64,000 nucleotides of DNA from Orbicella franksi (taxonomy: Eukaryota), in NCBI GenBank assembly GCA_964199315.1, contig OZ116706.1, positions 5,642,001 to 5,706,000 of the forward strand, in the 5' to 3' direction. Position numbers and translations under genes: made by a program. Of the stretch, positions 1-12,236 are shown piece after piece. Position 1 is the stretch's first letter; every line of letters starts with the position of its first letter. The notes below the pieces were generated by a model, which had not been told where the DNA came from, did no database searches, and was given only the letters and a program-made list of their open reading frames with translations.

Positions 1-425
1 CTGATGAAAGAAAAATTAATAAAAATAAATGAACAAGGTTGCGCAGTCATTTCTGACAAAAAAAAACCTCAAATTTGAAAATGAAAAAGTCGCTTCATTT
101 TTATGGAAGAAGCAAAACTGGAAAATATGACTGAAGGAAGATTTTTAGAGTAAGGAAAGAAGTAACAAAGCAGGCATAGCTCACAGGGATGTTCATCATA
201 CCTTCTAGAATTTAAAACCTTAATGTTTTGGTATTACAGAGAGTGTTTACAACAGTTGTAACTTATTGTGGTCACTATTAGATTTTTAAGTTGCTATCTT
301 ATTGCTCTCTTATTAAGAGCTTAAATGAACAACTGCCCAAAACACTTAGCAATAAAAACAAGTTGTTGCTGTGTAGCACTTTAAATTGAATTGTATTACT
401 TTCGTTTAAGTTAACAAAAGGTGCC

Positions 426-530
426 TAATGGTACTTTTTGAGACGTTTTGCAGGAAAAACCCATTCATCAGTCGCAAATGAAACGACTGATGAAGGGGTT
501 TCTCCCGAAACGTCTCTAAAAGTACCATTA
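426..530. mobile_element. Inverted pair of Penelope-like LTR fragments with hammerhead cores
   Basis: 426-474 is an imperfect reverse complement of 484-530. The plus arm reads CTGATGA(487-493)-A-GGG GTTTCT CCC-GAAAC-GTC(512-514); the minus arm is degenerate. Confidence 0.6.
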
Positions 531-879
531 AGCGCTTTTTCTCAACTTAAACGAAAGCAATGCAATTGCTCAAAACATGCCCACAGGACAAGACCTTCAG
601 CGGTTCATTCTAAAATTTCCAAATTATGATATGATATTAACTGTCAAAACTTGAGATAAGGAGGTAATATGAAAATCTCAAGTAACAGGTTGCCCTTGCT
701 TCTCTAAAAAAAAAATTCAACCCAAAGTTTAACTACAAAATATCAAGAAATGCTTGCTAAAAAAAATGCTATGTTAGCAGAGTAGTGAGAAACAAGAAAG
801 GAGCCGAAAAGTGCACACTCTGGGTAAAATGTAAAACCATCACAATGGTATAACTGCGAAAGGAAAAAGCCAAAAGTAC

Positions 880-3800
880 CTTGTTTTGAGAAAAGGAAAC
901 AGACTTGGTCACCACCTCTGAAAGCAAAATGACAAAATAAATAAATTATCAAGCAGTTTAATAATGCAAAGGCATTTGAAAAGGAAAGATAAATGAACAA
1001 CCCATAAATACAGAGGCACATACACAATGATGGATGACAAGGATTATGATCTTTCCGTGAGGATGCACACTGATTTCCACTGTTTTATCAATTTAATGAT
1101 GCTTACACAGCAACTTAGAACTATTACTTGCTAAAAAATAGATGGCATTCAGAGAGGCATTTTGAGCGTAAAATCAAGACAATTTTTTTCCATATTATTT
1201 ATTATAGATGCAAATACAAAATTACAGAACCTAATATAAACATAATTATACTAAAATGATGATGAAGTGGTGCAACTAATAGGGGAAGGGGATGGGGAAC
1301 TAAGTTTGTGACAACTTCAAAAGGGTAAGGTGTAGGTATTGAAAGAGAGTGGTAGAACTGTGCTATTGAAGCCCCCTGTGTCACAGGCAACTAATTTTTG
1401 CCTTTGGGTGACTGGAGAAACTCACTTTTTTCATACAAGCTTATTAATAAGCGGTGGGCACCCAGGATTTCATGGTTAGGACCCTCTGGGCTCCCCATAA
1501 TTTTTGTTAGACCACAGCCTAGGAGTTGAGTGAAAAAGGTAGGTGGCTACTTACAATCACAAAGTAACAACAAAAATCATATTGCAACCAGTCACCTTCT
1601 TTCCCATGCAAAGTGAGCTTGATATTTCTCTGTTTTTCAATCTGTTTATCCTCTGGCTTCCTCTGTAAAAACTCATTTTTTCTCTACAAGGCAAAAAGAA
1701 AAAAAAACTTATGAACTAAAAAATGTTTTAAGGTGTTTGCCTGAAAATAACTTTGACTCTCAATACTATGATACAGTCAGGGAGTCAACCCCTTTAAAAT
1801 TTCCAAAAACCTGCAGTACATCCCATTTCAAACTGTTAAAAAAATAATTTATAAACTACTTTTTAGTTTTAGAACAAGTTAATATAAAACCTTCTCTGAC
1901 TTTAATCAAGACTGGTTATAGAGTAAAGCTCACTGGCTTTGACCAGCCAGGCTCTGAAATTAAAAAGTGTAACAAACAGGCCTTAAGACTAACAGCAGGC
2001 ATTAAGTCACAGACCAGTAAAAGTTTAGATTTGGCTAAATTACATTCCTACCAGCCTCTTTGGTATTAAAAAAACAGCTGTATTGTTACAGTATCTGAAG
2101 AAAATCAAACTGGGCAGATAGCAATGTGAAAGCTGAATGCAGCCTGTAGGAATGTACATCTCAAAATCACTGAAGTTAACCTCTTCAATACCAACTGCAG
2201 CTTCACATATATTAAGTGTTTCCAGATCTTTTGTGAGCTGTAGCGAGGCATGCAAAAAAAAAAAACTATACCTAAACCTCACAAGCAGAAAATATGGCTG
2301 GTTAAAAATGTTTTCATTTGGCAAGTAAAATCTGAAGTGTCACTAGCTAGAAGACCAGTGTACTGAAAGTTAGTCTTCAGTCCTTACCAACCTGCAAATT
2401 AGAGAGTCTGTGTTGTACACTCAGAGCTTGTGTCTCCAACTTTCTGTTTTGTTGTTCGAGGTCAGTGATCTATGATCATAAGAAAACTTAAAGAAATCAG
2501 TAGAAGTGGGTCTTTCCCTGAATAGTATTAGGGTGTCTAAAAATATCTGGCCTCCCACTGCACATAGCAATAAAGTAGAACCCTGGTAACTTGAACTCCA
2601 AAGGGAAACAAAAAACAGTTTGAGTTAGCAGGCTTCAAGTTATCAGGGTCGATTGAATATCCAACTTGCCATGTTAACAATTGATAGTTTACTGATTTTT
2701 CAGCACTTCAGTATACAGTACAGTGCAAATAAAACTTATCTTGTCAGAAACTGTAACACGATTATGCACCTTTCCGATGATAATACAGTACTGTGAAAAG
2801 TGTAACTCAATTATAATGGTCTCAGATTGCTGTAGTGTTAGTTTTGAGTGTCTTTACCGATTACACTACAAGAAAAGCTAATGGGATGACATCCCTGGTG
2901 AGTTACATGAACCAGAATTCGAGTTATTGGGGTAAATTTTGATCAAGGAAAACGAAATTTAATTTGAGTCAGCAGGGAATCCGAGTTATCTGAGTTCGAG
3001 TTAACCGAGTTAAAATGACCGAAAAGTGGGGTCAATTCCAAGGGAAACAGAACTTAGTTCCAGTTAGCGGGAGAGTTTGAGTTATCTGAGTTTGAGTTAC
3101 CAGGGTTCTAACTGTACATTATTATACTAATTTGATTTAGTGCCCTCATTCCAGTAAGCCCCCCCCCCCTTAAAAAGACATCACCCAAGTCAAAGGTTTT
3201 TTCCATCTGTAGTAACCATCCATATTCCCTGTTGCAATACAGGTTCATGCCCCCCTAACCCAATAAACACAATGTGCCTCCATCCTCCCATATTTTTGCC
3301 CAGTGTAATTTAGTTTTGAGTTGAGAATGGTTTGTTTTGTTAGACAGTTTAGGTTCAACCAAATAGGCAGTTCAGAGATGGCACATTGAAAATAAAAAAA
3401 ACACATAAGCACCCCCCTTCAATATTCCAAATAAAAGTAAAAACACCTACTAAGCCATAAATGAAATGCACTTTTTATGATTATCACTCTGGTAAGAAAG
3501 AAATCCAAATACTCATACATGTGGTTACCTGTTTCTTCAATGAATCATTTGCAGTTTTTATTGTATCAAATGAGTCTTTCATCCTTCTGAGGTCTTTGGT
3601 TTTCTTTTGGATGATTTCTTCAAGTTCTGTTAGTTTCTGTTCATATTCCTAGAGGTTGTGCAAGTAATAAAGAAGACATCGCAGTTGAAATTACTCCCAA
3701 TAAAAAAAAAAACAAATTGTGTAAACTATATAAAAGAGCATACTTAAGAATCTTTCTGATAAAATATACAGGGATGTAGCTAGGGGGGGTCATGGGGGAC

Positions 3801-6800
3801 CCATAACCCCCCTTTTGTAAGCCTTTTTTAAGCAAACAACCTACAACAGGTGACAAAAATGACATGACAATCTGGTGAGTACCCTCACTTTGACACAGTG
3901 TGACCCCCCTTTGAAAATTATAGGCTACACCCCTGATATATATTATTTCATTGAATACATGTACGCCCTGTTTGTGTATTTCACTCGACCTCTTTTTGGC
4001 ATCTTATTTCTTAATGATTATGGCAGCTTATTTCGCCAACTGAAACAGAGCTTATTCCAGGATAAAATTTCACTGGAAAACAATGATGTACAGGCCAGAA
4101 TAGTTGTCTGAACTTTTCTGAAGAGTCAGCATAGTTTTTTCTTTACTACACACCTTCTTGATGTCTGCCTCCTTAATATTTATTAACAGACTTTCACATT
4201 CTCCCTACCCCTTTTCAGGGGGGACTCAGCAAAAGACTCATAAGAGTGGGCACAATATGACTACATGATAGAAATTATTCAACTGGTTTCATGTTCCTGC
4301 TGTTAGCTCTGATTGACAAACTAAGGTAACAAAAATATTACGAAATCTAAGCATGAATGGTCACCTCAGAAAAAATCATTTGTTTTGAAGCAACAGGCTT
4401 TCACTCTTTATCAGGAATTGCTTCCTGATCAGGGCTTAACTCAAATTTGATAAACTGAGGTATTTTGCTGAGAGAGTAAATGAATATATGTTCTGAGAAG
4501 ATCTGAGGGGAAAGCTGCTGCTTATAAGTAAGCAGAAGCATGAATCAATACCTGATATATTCATTACCAGTTTACCACAAGAGGTTTCACCTCAACAACA
4601 GCTTGGCAGCGATTCTCCACTTCTCGTGTCACGACTTTGTCTATGATAATGTCTGTTGTGTGGCTGAGTTTCTCTGCATCTCGTAAGGCCCTTTCCCTCT
4701 CACGCAGCTGAACTTCACGTTTATGGAGTGCTTCACTTTCTTTCTACAGTAGAAAATCAATAAATAAAATGGCATCAAATGCTGAATTTCTAGCCATATA
4801 TTTTGTAACTGCTGTACATTCCAGATGAAGGAAAAAAAATAGTTTAAGAAAGTTCAACACTAAAAAAAGCAATTAAATAGCAAAACCAAAACCATTCATT
4901 GTGCATCTTTCATGACTCAGCTCCATCTTTAGACACGTGACAAGTAGTCTGGTACACTTTTTTGAGGATGACATAAATCTACTTGGCAAATGCTTTGCAG
5001 TTTTACAAGAGTGGGAGTTTGAACTCTCGCTACCTCTCATTAACTCTTTCTGTGGTTTGATCTGCTATAATAATACATGTAAGCATTTAAAACACCAAAT
5101 CAGTAAATTAAGGTGGCCAAACACAGTTTTCGCGCACACTTTTGCTGATGCAATTCAGCGCATGCACGAGGATTGAAAAACAAACATGCCTTCAATAGAG
5201 CAATCATTTTATTTACTCAACACCCGCACTATATGCAGTATTTTTCTCCATTACTGAACGCAGTGTATTGATGCCTTTAGTCTTTTATTACAATGCTACG
5301 TTAGAAAAGGTAATGACGCAAAGAACCCAGCAATTCTCAGCTTTTTCTTTGTTACCGAAAGAACCCAGTTAAATGCAGCGCATGCGCAGTTGCTCGAAAA
5401 ATTAAGACCAATTGCTTTTGCAGAAACTTGCCAATTTCTAACGATCCAGTCATTAGAATTTCAAGAAATTTGGCAAAAAAATAATTCAGAAACCACGCGA
5501 ATGATCTATCGCAAAAAATCTGAATCTTGACATAGGGAATTTTTAATAATATAGAACATGCAGTGAAAACGATTTACAGCGAATTACAAAAGTCGCCTAT
5601 GTCAAAATTTTATTAGAACAGTGTTGACAGAAGGGATTTAATGTCAATTCATAGTGGGCAAAAGATTTAAAAAATCTAACGACTGAATTTTTTTTAAATA
5701 AACAAAAACCATTTTTTAAGCCTTGTTTTTAACCAGCCCCATTGCCATGGCAACAGCACTCACCTTAGCCAAAATGTGAGAATAAACCCTTCTGTGGTTA
5801 ACCTTGCCTCTTGCAAAAAACGGGCGCCAAATAGCTTTAAAGTAATGGTGAATTAGGCAGAGGCTCTTGAAAACTGTGTTCGGCCACCTTAAAAACATGC
5901 GTATCAAGATACATTTCCATAAGATTTGCCCCATGTTCTTGTTTCAAACTAGCTGTGAACAGACTCCCAACAAGTGTCATTTTTTCCTCCCCAGAATACT
6001 CTCAGCCTACTCTGCTCACTTCAGACAAAATTCAGCTTGCTCCGCTCCCCGGTTTGTTTGTTGTTGTTGTTGTAAGGGGTTTTTTTTATCCCATAACCCA
6101 ATTGGGAGCCTGTTTATAAGCTTGTTTCAAACCAGACCTGTTCCAGTACCAACCTGTAACATTATGCTTATTTTATTCAGCTCCCTGTGAACTCTTTTCA
6201 CATTGTCTGCCTCTAAGTGATGCTGCACCTTTAAAAATTTACATGTTCTTATTTTAAAACAAATTAAAGTGACCCCTTATTATATTTCAGTTGCTGTTCT
6301 TAGGGTTAATATTTGCCTGCAAATTTAATCATCTGGAACCAAGTGGGTCCTCATGTCACTTAAAGACAAGCAGATTGTTATGGGGAAACAGTCGATAATT
6401 ACCTACTTAAAATAAAACTACTTGTCAAACCCAAGGTAGCACTAAGAAGATGGCCAAGAGAGACATGGCAAAGAACAGTCAACAAGGAAAGAGAACATCT
6501 TGGATTCAAGATATGAGTGGAGGCAGACATGGTGGCAAAAGACTGAGTTGCTTGGAGGAGACTGATTGATGGCCCCATTCTCCTCGAGGAGAGAATGGGA
6601 AGATGATGATGAAACAATTGCATATATCCACTGACCAAGTTATAATAACTAGGAAAAAGTCAAGTACATTTAACTACACCTGCTAAAAGTAAAACTACTT
6701 GCCAAACCTTGTACGTGTATAAAGCTCACCTCTTTCTCATATGATTTTGATGTTAACCTTTCTCTTAAATGGGAACTTGAAGGCTCCATATGACTATGAT

Positions 6801-9684
6801 CTCCATGCTCTACCAGTGAAAGAGCAAACAAAGAAAATATTTTTTTTTTGCAAATTATAACATGCACTGCACCAAAATTGCACAATGTCCCCAATGAGCT
6901 TGATCAACTGAGTTACAGTGTGACTACTCAAACTAGGCCACCTAGAAGAAAACTAACCAATCAAAACATAAAATGAGAACAATGGACTAGTTTGTAACAT
7001 ATAGCTTCTGATGACAGCAAGTAACGGTCTGTTTGACGTGAAAACATGAACACTATTGATTCCTCTGCATTATAAACACCCTTAGAGATTCAGTCCTTAC
7101 ATGTAACAGTGAATTATAATTACAAATCTTGCTCGCAAAATTTGCCTCAAAAACTCGTTTTGCGACAACTAAACTGAAACTGTTGATAAGCGTACAAAAT
7201 TTAGGATCAAAACAAACCAATCAACAAATAACAAAGTTTCCTTAGAGGTTTGCAACACCCCACACTTTGTTGCGTTTTCAATTTTGATAAGATAGATATT
7301 GTTCGTACAGCGTATTCTTCCATATTCGGTGCTCGAAAAAAAACCCGTCCGCTCGTCCAGGACAAGTACAATTTCCTCTTGGGCAAGTAACTTTCCCTCC
7401 TCACTTGCCCCACTGGCAAGAACCCAGCAAGCTGTCCACCAACTACTGATAAATGTTTGATAACAACTTTGTAACGACTAAATTTTTGGCGCATGGAAAG
7501 TGTTTAGATGGGTCTTGACAAAAATTACAAGTCATAGCATTGTTTTGGTTATTGCATGGCACGTGACAGTTCACAGTTCAGAAGTGGTTACCTAGCATAT
7601 GATCAAAATCTGCCCTGATCAAAGTTCTTTCCACAACTAAAAGTAACTGTGACCAGCATGAAAATGCTGTGTTTATTTCTTAAAACTTCAGCAGTATTTT
7701 TCCAGGGTTTTTTTGTGAGCATTTACCAGTTTCACAGTAAAAGCGACATAATTGTGTCACTGACAGCTGTAGAAGCTGTACCTGAAAAGAAGCTGTATAT
7801 TTCTACTGCAAAAACGAATCCCTCGCCAGCAACCAAAAATCTCCCTCACGATCTTCTGCGAATGTTTTCTAACAGAAATATACTGCCACAGACTATTAAA
7901 ACAAAATTGATTAGCAGTCATCACCAAATTTGACTGAAAATAGTTTTACATTCCAACGCAGACGTTTTCACTCAATTGAAACTATTTATCAACTACCTAA
8001 AAGAAAAAAATACGAACTTGCCGCCTTTACAAAATCAACACGGTGCCTGTTTTAGAACTGAAGAGGAGAAACAAAAATGTTCTTTTTTTTTACTTCGTTT
8101 TTAATTTTATGTGCTTCCCTTCAAAATGAATTTTTTGGAGTTACTTAGGTGAGATGCCGTTTAACGTTCAAGGAGTCGCACACAACCCAGTTCCACAGAT
8201 TGAAAACATTGATTCAAGGATTTTCTAAGATACCCAGCCCATAATTCAGGAAACGGCAAATGAAACAGATCAAAACTAAGAAGATTACAAGCAAGTCAGA
8301 CAAGTTGTTACATTCGAACACGCCAGTGAATAACTTGCATTTCTGGTTTCATGAATTATTAATGAGTTTGAAAACTTGGGCAAGTGAGGAAGTGCCCGGG
8401 GCAAGCAATATTTGAGAATTACTTGCCCATGGAGCAAACTGGAATTCAAATATTTTTCGAGCCCCGATATTATTGGTTTATTAGAGAAAAATATTGCTAT
8501 CCTTTGTTCTCAAGTAACATTCTGATTGGTTAACACTTTTCCAAGTGACTCAGTTCAAACAATCACATTGTATACATGTTTTTGTATAAATTCTTTAGAA
8601 ATCATATTGTCAAGGTTTACAAGAGACAACAACAACAATACTTTATTTACTCTATGTCAGAATAGCTTAAAAAAATACATTCCAGATACAATGTGCTTGG
8701 ACAAAATGTACCATAGAAAGACCAAATTTTTAAACTGAATATCTGATCACATTATTTATTTGATTTCTTCCAAGGAGGACCTTGTGTGAAAATGCTCAAA
8801 GGATTTATAATACATTTATAAGCATGAAGACTATGCACAGATATTTATATTTTATCTTTTCTTTCAAACAAATAATTTTTCTTTTGAAAAAAGTTCTGGT
8901 CCCAGTTGTTCGAAGGCTGGATAATGCTATCCACCACACAAATCGCTATCCAGTGGATAAGAGTTAACAAAACAAACCACGCTATCCACTGGATATAGTG
9001 ATTTCAAACATTTAAAAAAGATGACACACCATTTAAATTTGCAAGACATGTTTCGGATACTCAGTATCCATCTTCAGTTAAAGGATGTTTTTGTATCCCT
9101 TATGTATTATGTAACTTTTTCACTGATTTGTACTATTATTCTACATTTTGTAATTTACACCTACCTGTTACCTACTTTATATAAAGTCACTCACTTGTAA
9201 GCATCCTTTAACTGAAGATGGATACTGAATATCCAAAACATGTCTTGCAAATTTAAACAACGTGTCGTCTTTTTTAAACGTTTGATTTCAATCTTACTGC
9301 CACGAAAATTTTGCAACATAGTGATTTGTCCAGTGAATAGCATTTTCTACCTTTCCAACAACCCAGGGCATGTCTATGGACAAATATTTGGCCAATATTA
9401 TTGTTCATGTAAAAATACAAACCATCAACGTCATCTTCAGTCTCAGATGTTTCAGTGACAGTCTCAGATATAAGCTCTTCATCCTCAGCCGCTGGCTGCT
9501 CTAACCGTTTGGAGCCCAAGCGAACTATCTCATACATGGCTTTCAAAGCCTTGTTGTACATCCGCCTCTCAGAACTAGAAATTGTAGTTGCTCCATCTCT
9601 GCCAGAGTGGGGTGGAGTGAAAAGATTTTGGTCAGGAGGGGAGGGATGGGTCTTCTCTGCTACATGAGGAAATAAGCCATCCAT
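880..9684 (-). CDS. CCDC138: Coiled-coil domain-containing protein 138-like, 5' part (gene continues left of the window)
   Basis: Phase-consistent GT-AG exons: 9684-9351 (alternative donor at 9423, same phase), 6809-6730, 6228-6154 (VQHHLEADNVKRVHRELNKISIMLQ), 4743-4591 (KESEALHKREVQLRERERAL...), 3648-3529 (EYEQKLTELEEIIQKKTKDLRRMKDSFDTIKTANDSLKKQ), 2469-2392 (ITDLEQQNRKLETQALSVQHRLSNLQ); less certain 1662-1596 and 917-880. A further acceptor (tttctttcatcag) ends exactly at position 1. Peptides match the CCDC138 coiled coil as I recall it (KETKRLRSSFDALKELNDTLKKQ...QARLDNLQ); no search was run. Confidence 0.78.
2573..3114. mobile_element. Tc1/mariner (pogo/Tigger-like) MITE
   Basis: Termini (a)agtagaaccctggtaacttgaactc ... 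gagtttgagttaccagggttctaactg, TA on both flanks, internal GAGTTA repeats. Confidence 0.65.
3769..3935. mobile_element. hAT-like MITE
   Basis: TIRs cagggatgtagc ... gctacacccctg; no clean 8-bp TSD. Confidence 0.5.
5112..5888. mobile_element. Non-autonomous Kolobok-like DNA transposon (777 bp)
   Basis: TTAA at 5108-5111 and 5889-5892; 20-bp TIR ggtggccaaacacagttttc / gaaaactgtgttcggccacc with one mismatch; RR...YY termini. Confidence 0.75.
6427..6612 (+). mobile_element. 3' end of an RTE-type LINE (decayed)
   Basis: Translates RRWPRETWQRTVNKEREHLGFKI*VEADMVAKD*VAWRRLIDGPILLEERMGR followed by (TGA)3. It resembles the RTE C-terminal GRPxxTWxRTV...AxDRxxWR motif, with in-frame stops. Confidence 0.65.
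7327..8466. mobile_element. Non-autonomous TIR element (hAT-like termini)
   Basis: cggtgctcgaaaaa ... tttttcgagccccg, subterminal ACTTGCCC/GGGCAAGT repeats at both ends, ATATT flanking both sides. Confidence 0.55.
8896..9004. repeat. Truncated palindromic CTATCC/GGATAG repeat
   Basis: ggtcccagttgttcgaaggctggataatgctatcc... with internal ctatccagtggataa and ctatccactggata palindromes; it stops where the 9.0-kb inverted repeat begins. Confidence 0.5.
9004..9285. mobile_element. Penelope-like inverted repeat (two ~84-bp arms) with hammerhead cores
   Basis: 9004-9087 is a near reverse complement of 9202-9285, and TGATTTCAA is directly repeated at 8999-9007 and 9283-9291. Each arm has CTGAAGA-TGGATAC-TGA-(G/A)TATCC-(G/A)AAAC-AT-GTC. 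Confidence 0.65.
9045..9077 (-). ncRNA. Minimal type-I hammerhead ribozyme motif (core intact)
   Basis: Minus strand: CTGAAGA (9077-9071), one extra T, 6-bp stem II GGATAC/GTATCC, GAAAC, AT, then the GTC cleavage triplet (9047-9045). Stem I is weak. Confidence 0.5.
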
Positions 9685-9809
9685 TCTAAATTAAACCATA
9701 TTAAAAACAAATGTTAGCTTAGTATTAAGGGGTTGGTAATCAAACTTGATGGTGTCAATAGTTATTGTTTATCAAAATAAGCAATAATAATTGGCACCAT
9801 CAAGTAAGA

Positions 9810-9904
9810 TAGTCTACATGAAGCCATGCCCAACCCCCGAGGAAGAACAGGACGTACTCACCCCGCGAGGAAGAACAGGGGTGGGTATGGCTACACATAG
9901 ACTA
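9810..9904. mobile_element. Small TA-flanked palindromic MITE
   Basis: tagtctacatgaagccatgccca ... tgggtatggctacacatagacta imperfect TIR; internal direct repeat cgaggaagaacagg x2. Confidence 0.5.
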
Positions 9905-10412
9905 CAAGCAAGATTACCAACCCTGTATTAAAAAGTTACCACTGTACACACGTATACTAAAAGGCTTTGTTTTGAACATGTTCCTTTACATCAGATAATT
10001 TAAACTTATGTTTAAAGCCATTTATTAACACGAATACTAGCTGGCCAGTAGTCTCGTTAGGCCGGGCACCAAGTAAACTGACCGGCTTTGAGAACGATTT
10101 GCCTACCTGGTTTGACCATGTCGAACATTTTATATTCTCACAAACAAGTTCGGTCTAAAATTGGTTTTGCCTGCCTGTGAAAGTCGATAGCCATCCTGCT
10201 GAACTACTGCGGTCAGGTAACTCTTACATAACTCAAGATGAACTGTTCTTTATGAAAATAAACAAAGATGATGTTCGCTTTAGCCATGCATAGATAACTT
10301 AAAGAAGCTGAAGTAATACGCTAGTCAAACGAGAGGTCGACAATTAATTGCAAAGCCACTTAGATAATGTACAGAAAACGATTGTCAAACGACGGCTAAA
10401 TTATCATCTCAC

Positions 10413-10625
10413 CTCGATACATGAGGAACAGGAGAATCAAGAGTGCTTGTACAACACGATTACCTTCCCTAAAGAACGCTCATTTTGAAAATAATTCAAA
10501 GAAGAGCATCGACAACCGCTCTTTGAACAAATCAAATATGGCGGCAAAAACAAGGAGCCTGGTAGCCAAGCAGAAACACGCGCAAAGCCCTCGCGAGTCA
10601 CTCGCGGGTGACCTTCGCGCTTCGC
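10413..10625 (-). promoter_or_regulatory. Putative promoter and non-coding first exon of CCDC138
   Basis: CpG-rich patch with minus-strand donors GAG|gtgaga (10413) and AAG|gtaatc (10464), a GCCGCCAT YY1-like motif (~10537-10544) and CTCGCGAG/CTCGCGGG palindromes (~10590-10610) typical of housekeeping promoters. Confidence 0.5.
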
Positions 10626-10791
10626 GCCCACTTTCTTCGTTCTCGTGATACAGCAAGTATACCACGCAATAAGGAAATAATTGAGAACTTGGAGTCCTAC
10701 AATAGATCCTTTAATAACTAGCTCGCGTTAAGTAAGCAATCATACAAATTGAAAAACTGAAAAACCGTGCAGCATCTTGCGGGATTTTTTG

Positions 10792-10911
10792 TAGCCTGCG
10801 AACAGGTTCCCGATCCCGGCGAACCCGAATTCTTCGGCCGCCCGCTTTGCTCGCCGAATGTTTTTTTTTCCCGTCCTTTCCCGTCCCGGCCTGGAGCCTG
10901 TTCGCAGCCTA
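10792..10911. mobile_element. Small TAGCCTG-type MITE
   Basis: TIR tagcctgcgaacagg / cctgttcgcagccta (one mismatch). Confidence 0.6.
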
Positions 10912-12236
10912 GTTTTTTTGCAAGCTTCTTTTAAAGCTTCTTTGACTTTTAATTGCAGAGTAGCCAGGAATCTCTGGCTTGTTCCACTTAAGATGGTGCA
11001 ATCGCATGGCTTACTAGGGTTGGGGGAAGGGCCCGGTTGAGGGAACGGGGAAGGAATAGGGGGTTCCCTTGGTTACGAAAACAGCCGTCCGCCGCTCCCC
11101 TCCCCGAGTGGCTCAGGGGGGGGGGGGGGGGAGCGAAGAAGGATGGCTAGGGGCTCCCAGGAAAATATTAAAAAGGGTGCGGAGTGAAGAATAAACGCTA
11201 AGACAAGAGGCGTGGAACGCCATTTTGAGAGGGCTGGGCAAGATGCAATTACCGCCATGATTATATCCACTTTTTCTCTCTACTTGCACTTTTTTCAGCT
11301 AGTACCTTTGTGATCACCTATCTAGTGTGTTAGTACTTTGCATGGGCTGGATTTTACGACGCTATTTAAGGTGTGGTCTTGTTCCCCACCGTAGTGGGTG
11401 TGGTTAACGAGCCTATTTTTGGTGCCATGAAAGCAATCCTGCCACGAACTTCCGTACGCTGTTTGTCGAATATTAGTACTATTCGATCATTCCCTTCCAT
11501 TACGCCCGGTTGAAGGGCTTTGGCCCTTTTAACCAGATGTACTAAGACCTGTGCCTCCCCAAACCCTGCAGAGAAATACGAAGACCGAAAATCACGAAAT
11601 TCTGCAGACATTTTTCCACTGACACTCTCCCCACCCCCCCCCCTCCACGCAACCCCCTACATAAAACGAAATGGACAACAACAGCACAACTTTCTTCATA
11701 CAAAACTGTTCTATTAGTCAGGTTAAAACCTTGGTATTTTACAAGCTAATAATAAAATATCATTTCTGGAGCACGAGCTTGCACGTCGATTGCGTTCCAT
11801 TCCCTTAAGGCTTTCACTAGTAAATACCTTTAAACTTAAAAACAGCCAAGGCCTGAACTCTGATTCGTTCGTTAATTATATACATTCTGGAAACTGTAAA
11901 ACTGCGCTGTAAGATATCATCGCTTATTTACAAAAATAGAAATACTCTGCTTGATATATTATACAATAAGACTCGCTTTGTTATAGGTGAACATCTTCCG
12001 CAACGAAAACTACAGACACTTCTGGATGTCACGATGAAAACTAAGATCAAAACTTGTTTTCTTGTATCAAAAACCTTCTAAGAGCTCTTAAAAACATTGT
12101 GAAGCTCAATTTCTAGAGTAACGAAAAAAAACGAGATATATTTGTAATCTGTTATCACCGCAAAAATAAGGAACCGTATCTGCGCGAAGATTTCCCCACT
12201 GTATAGGACTGTGGTACTATTACAATACAAAATTCG

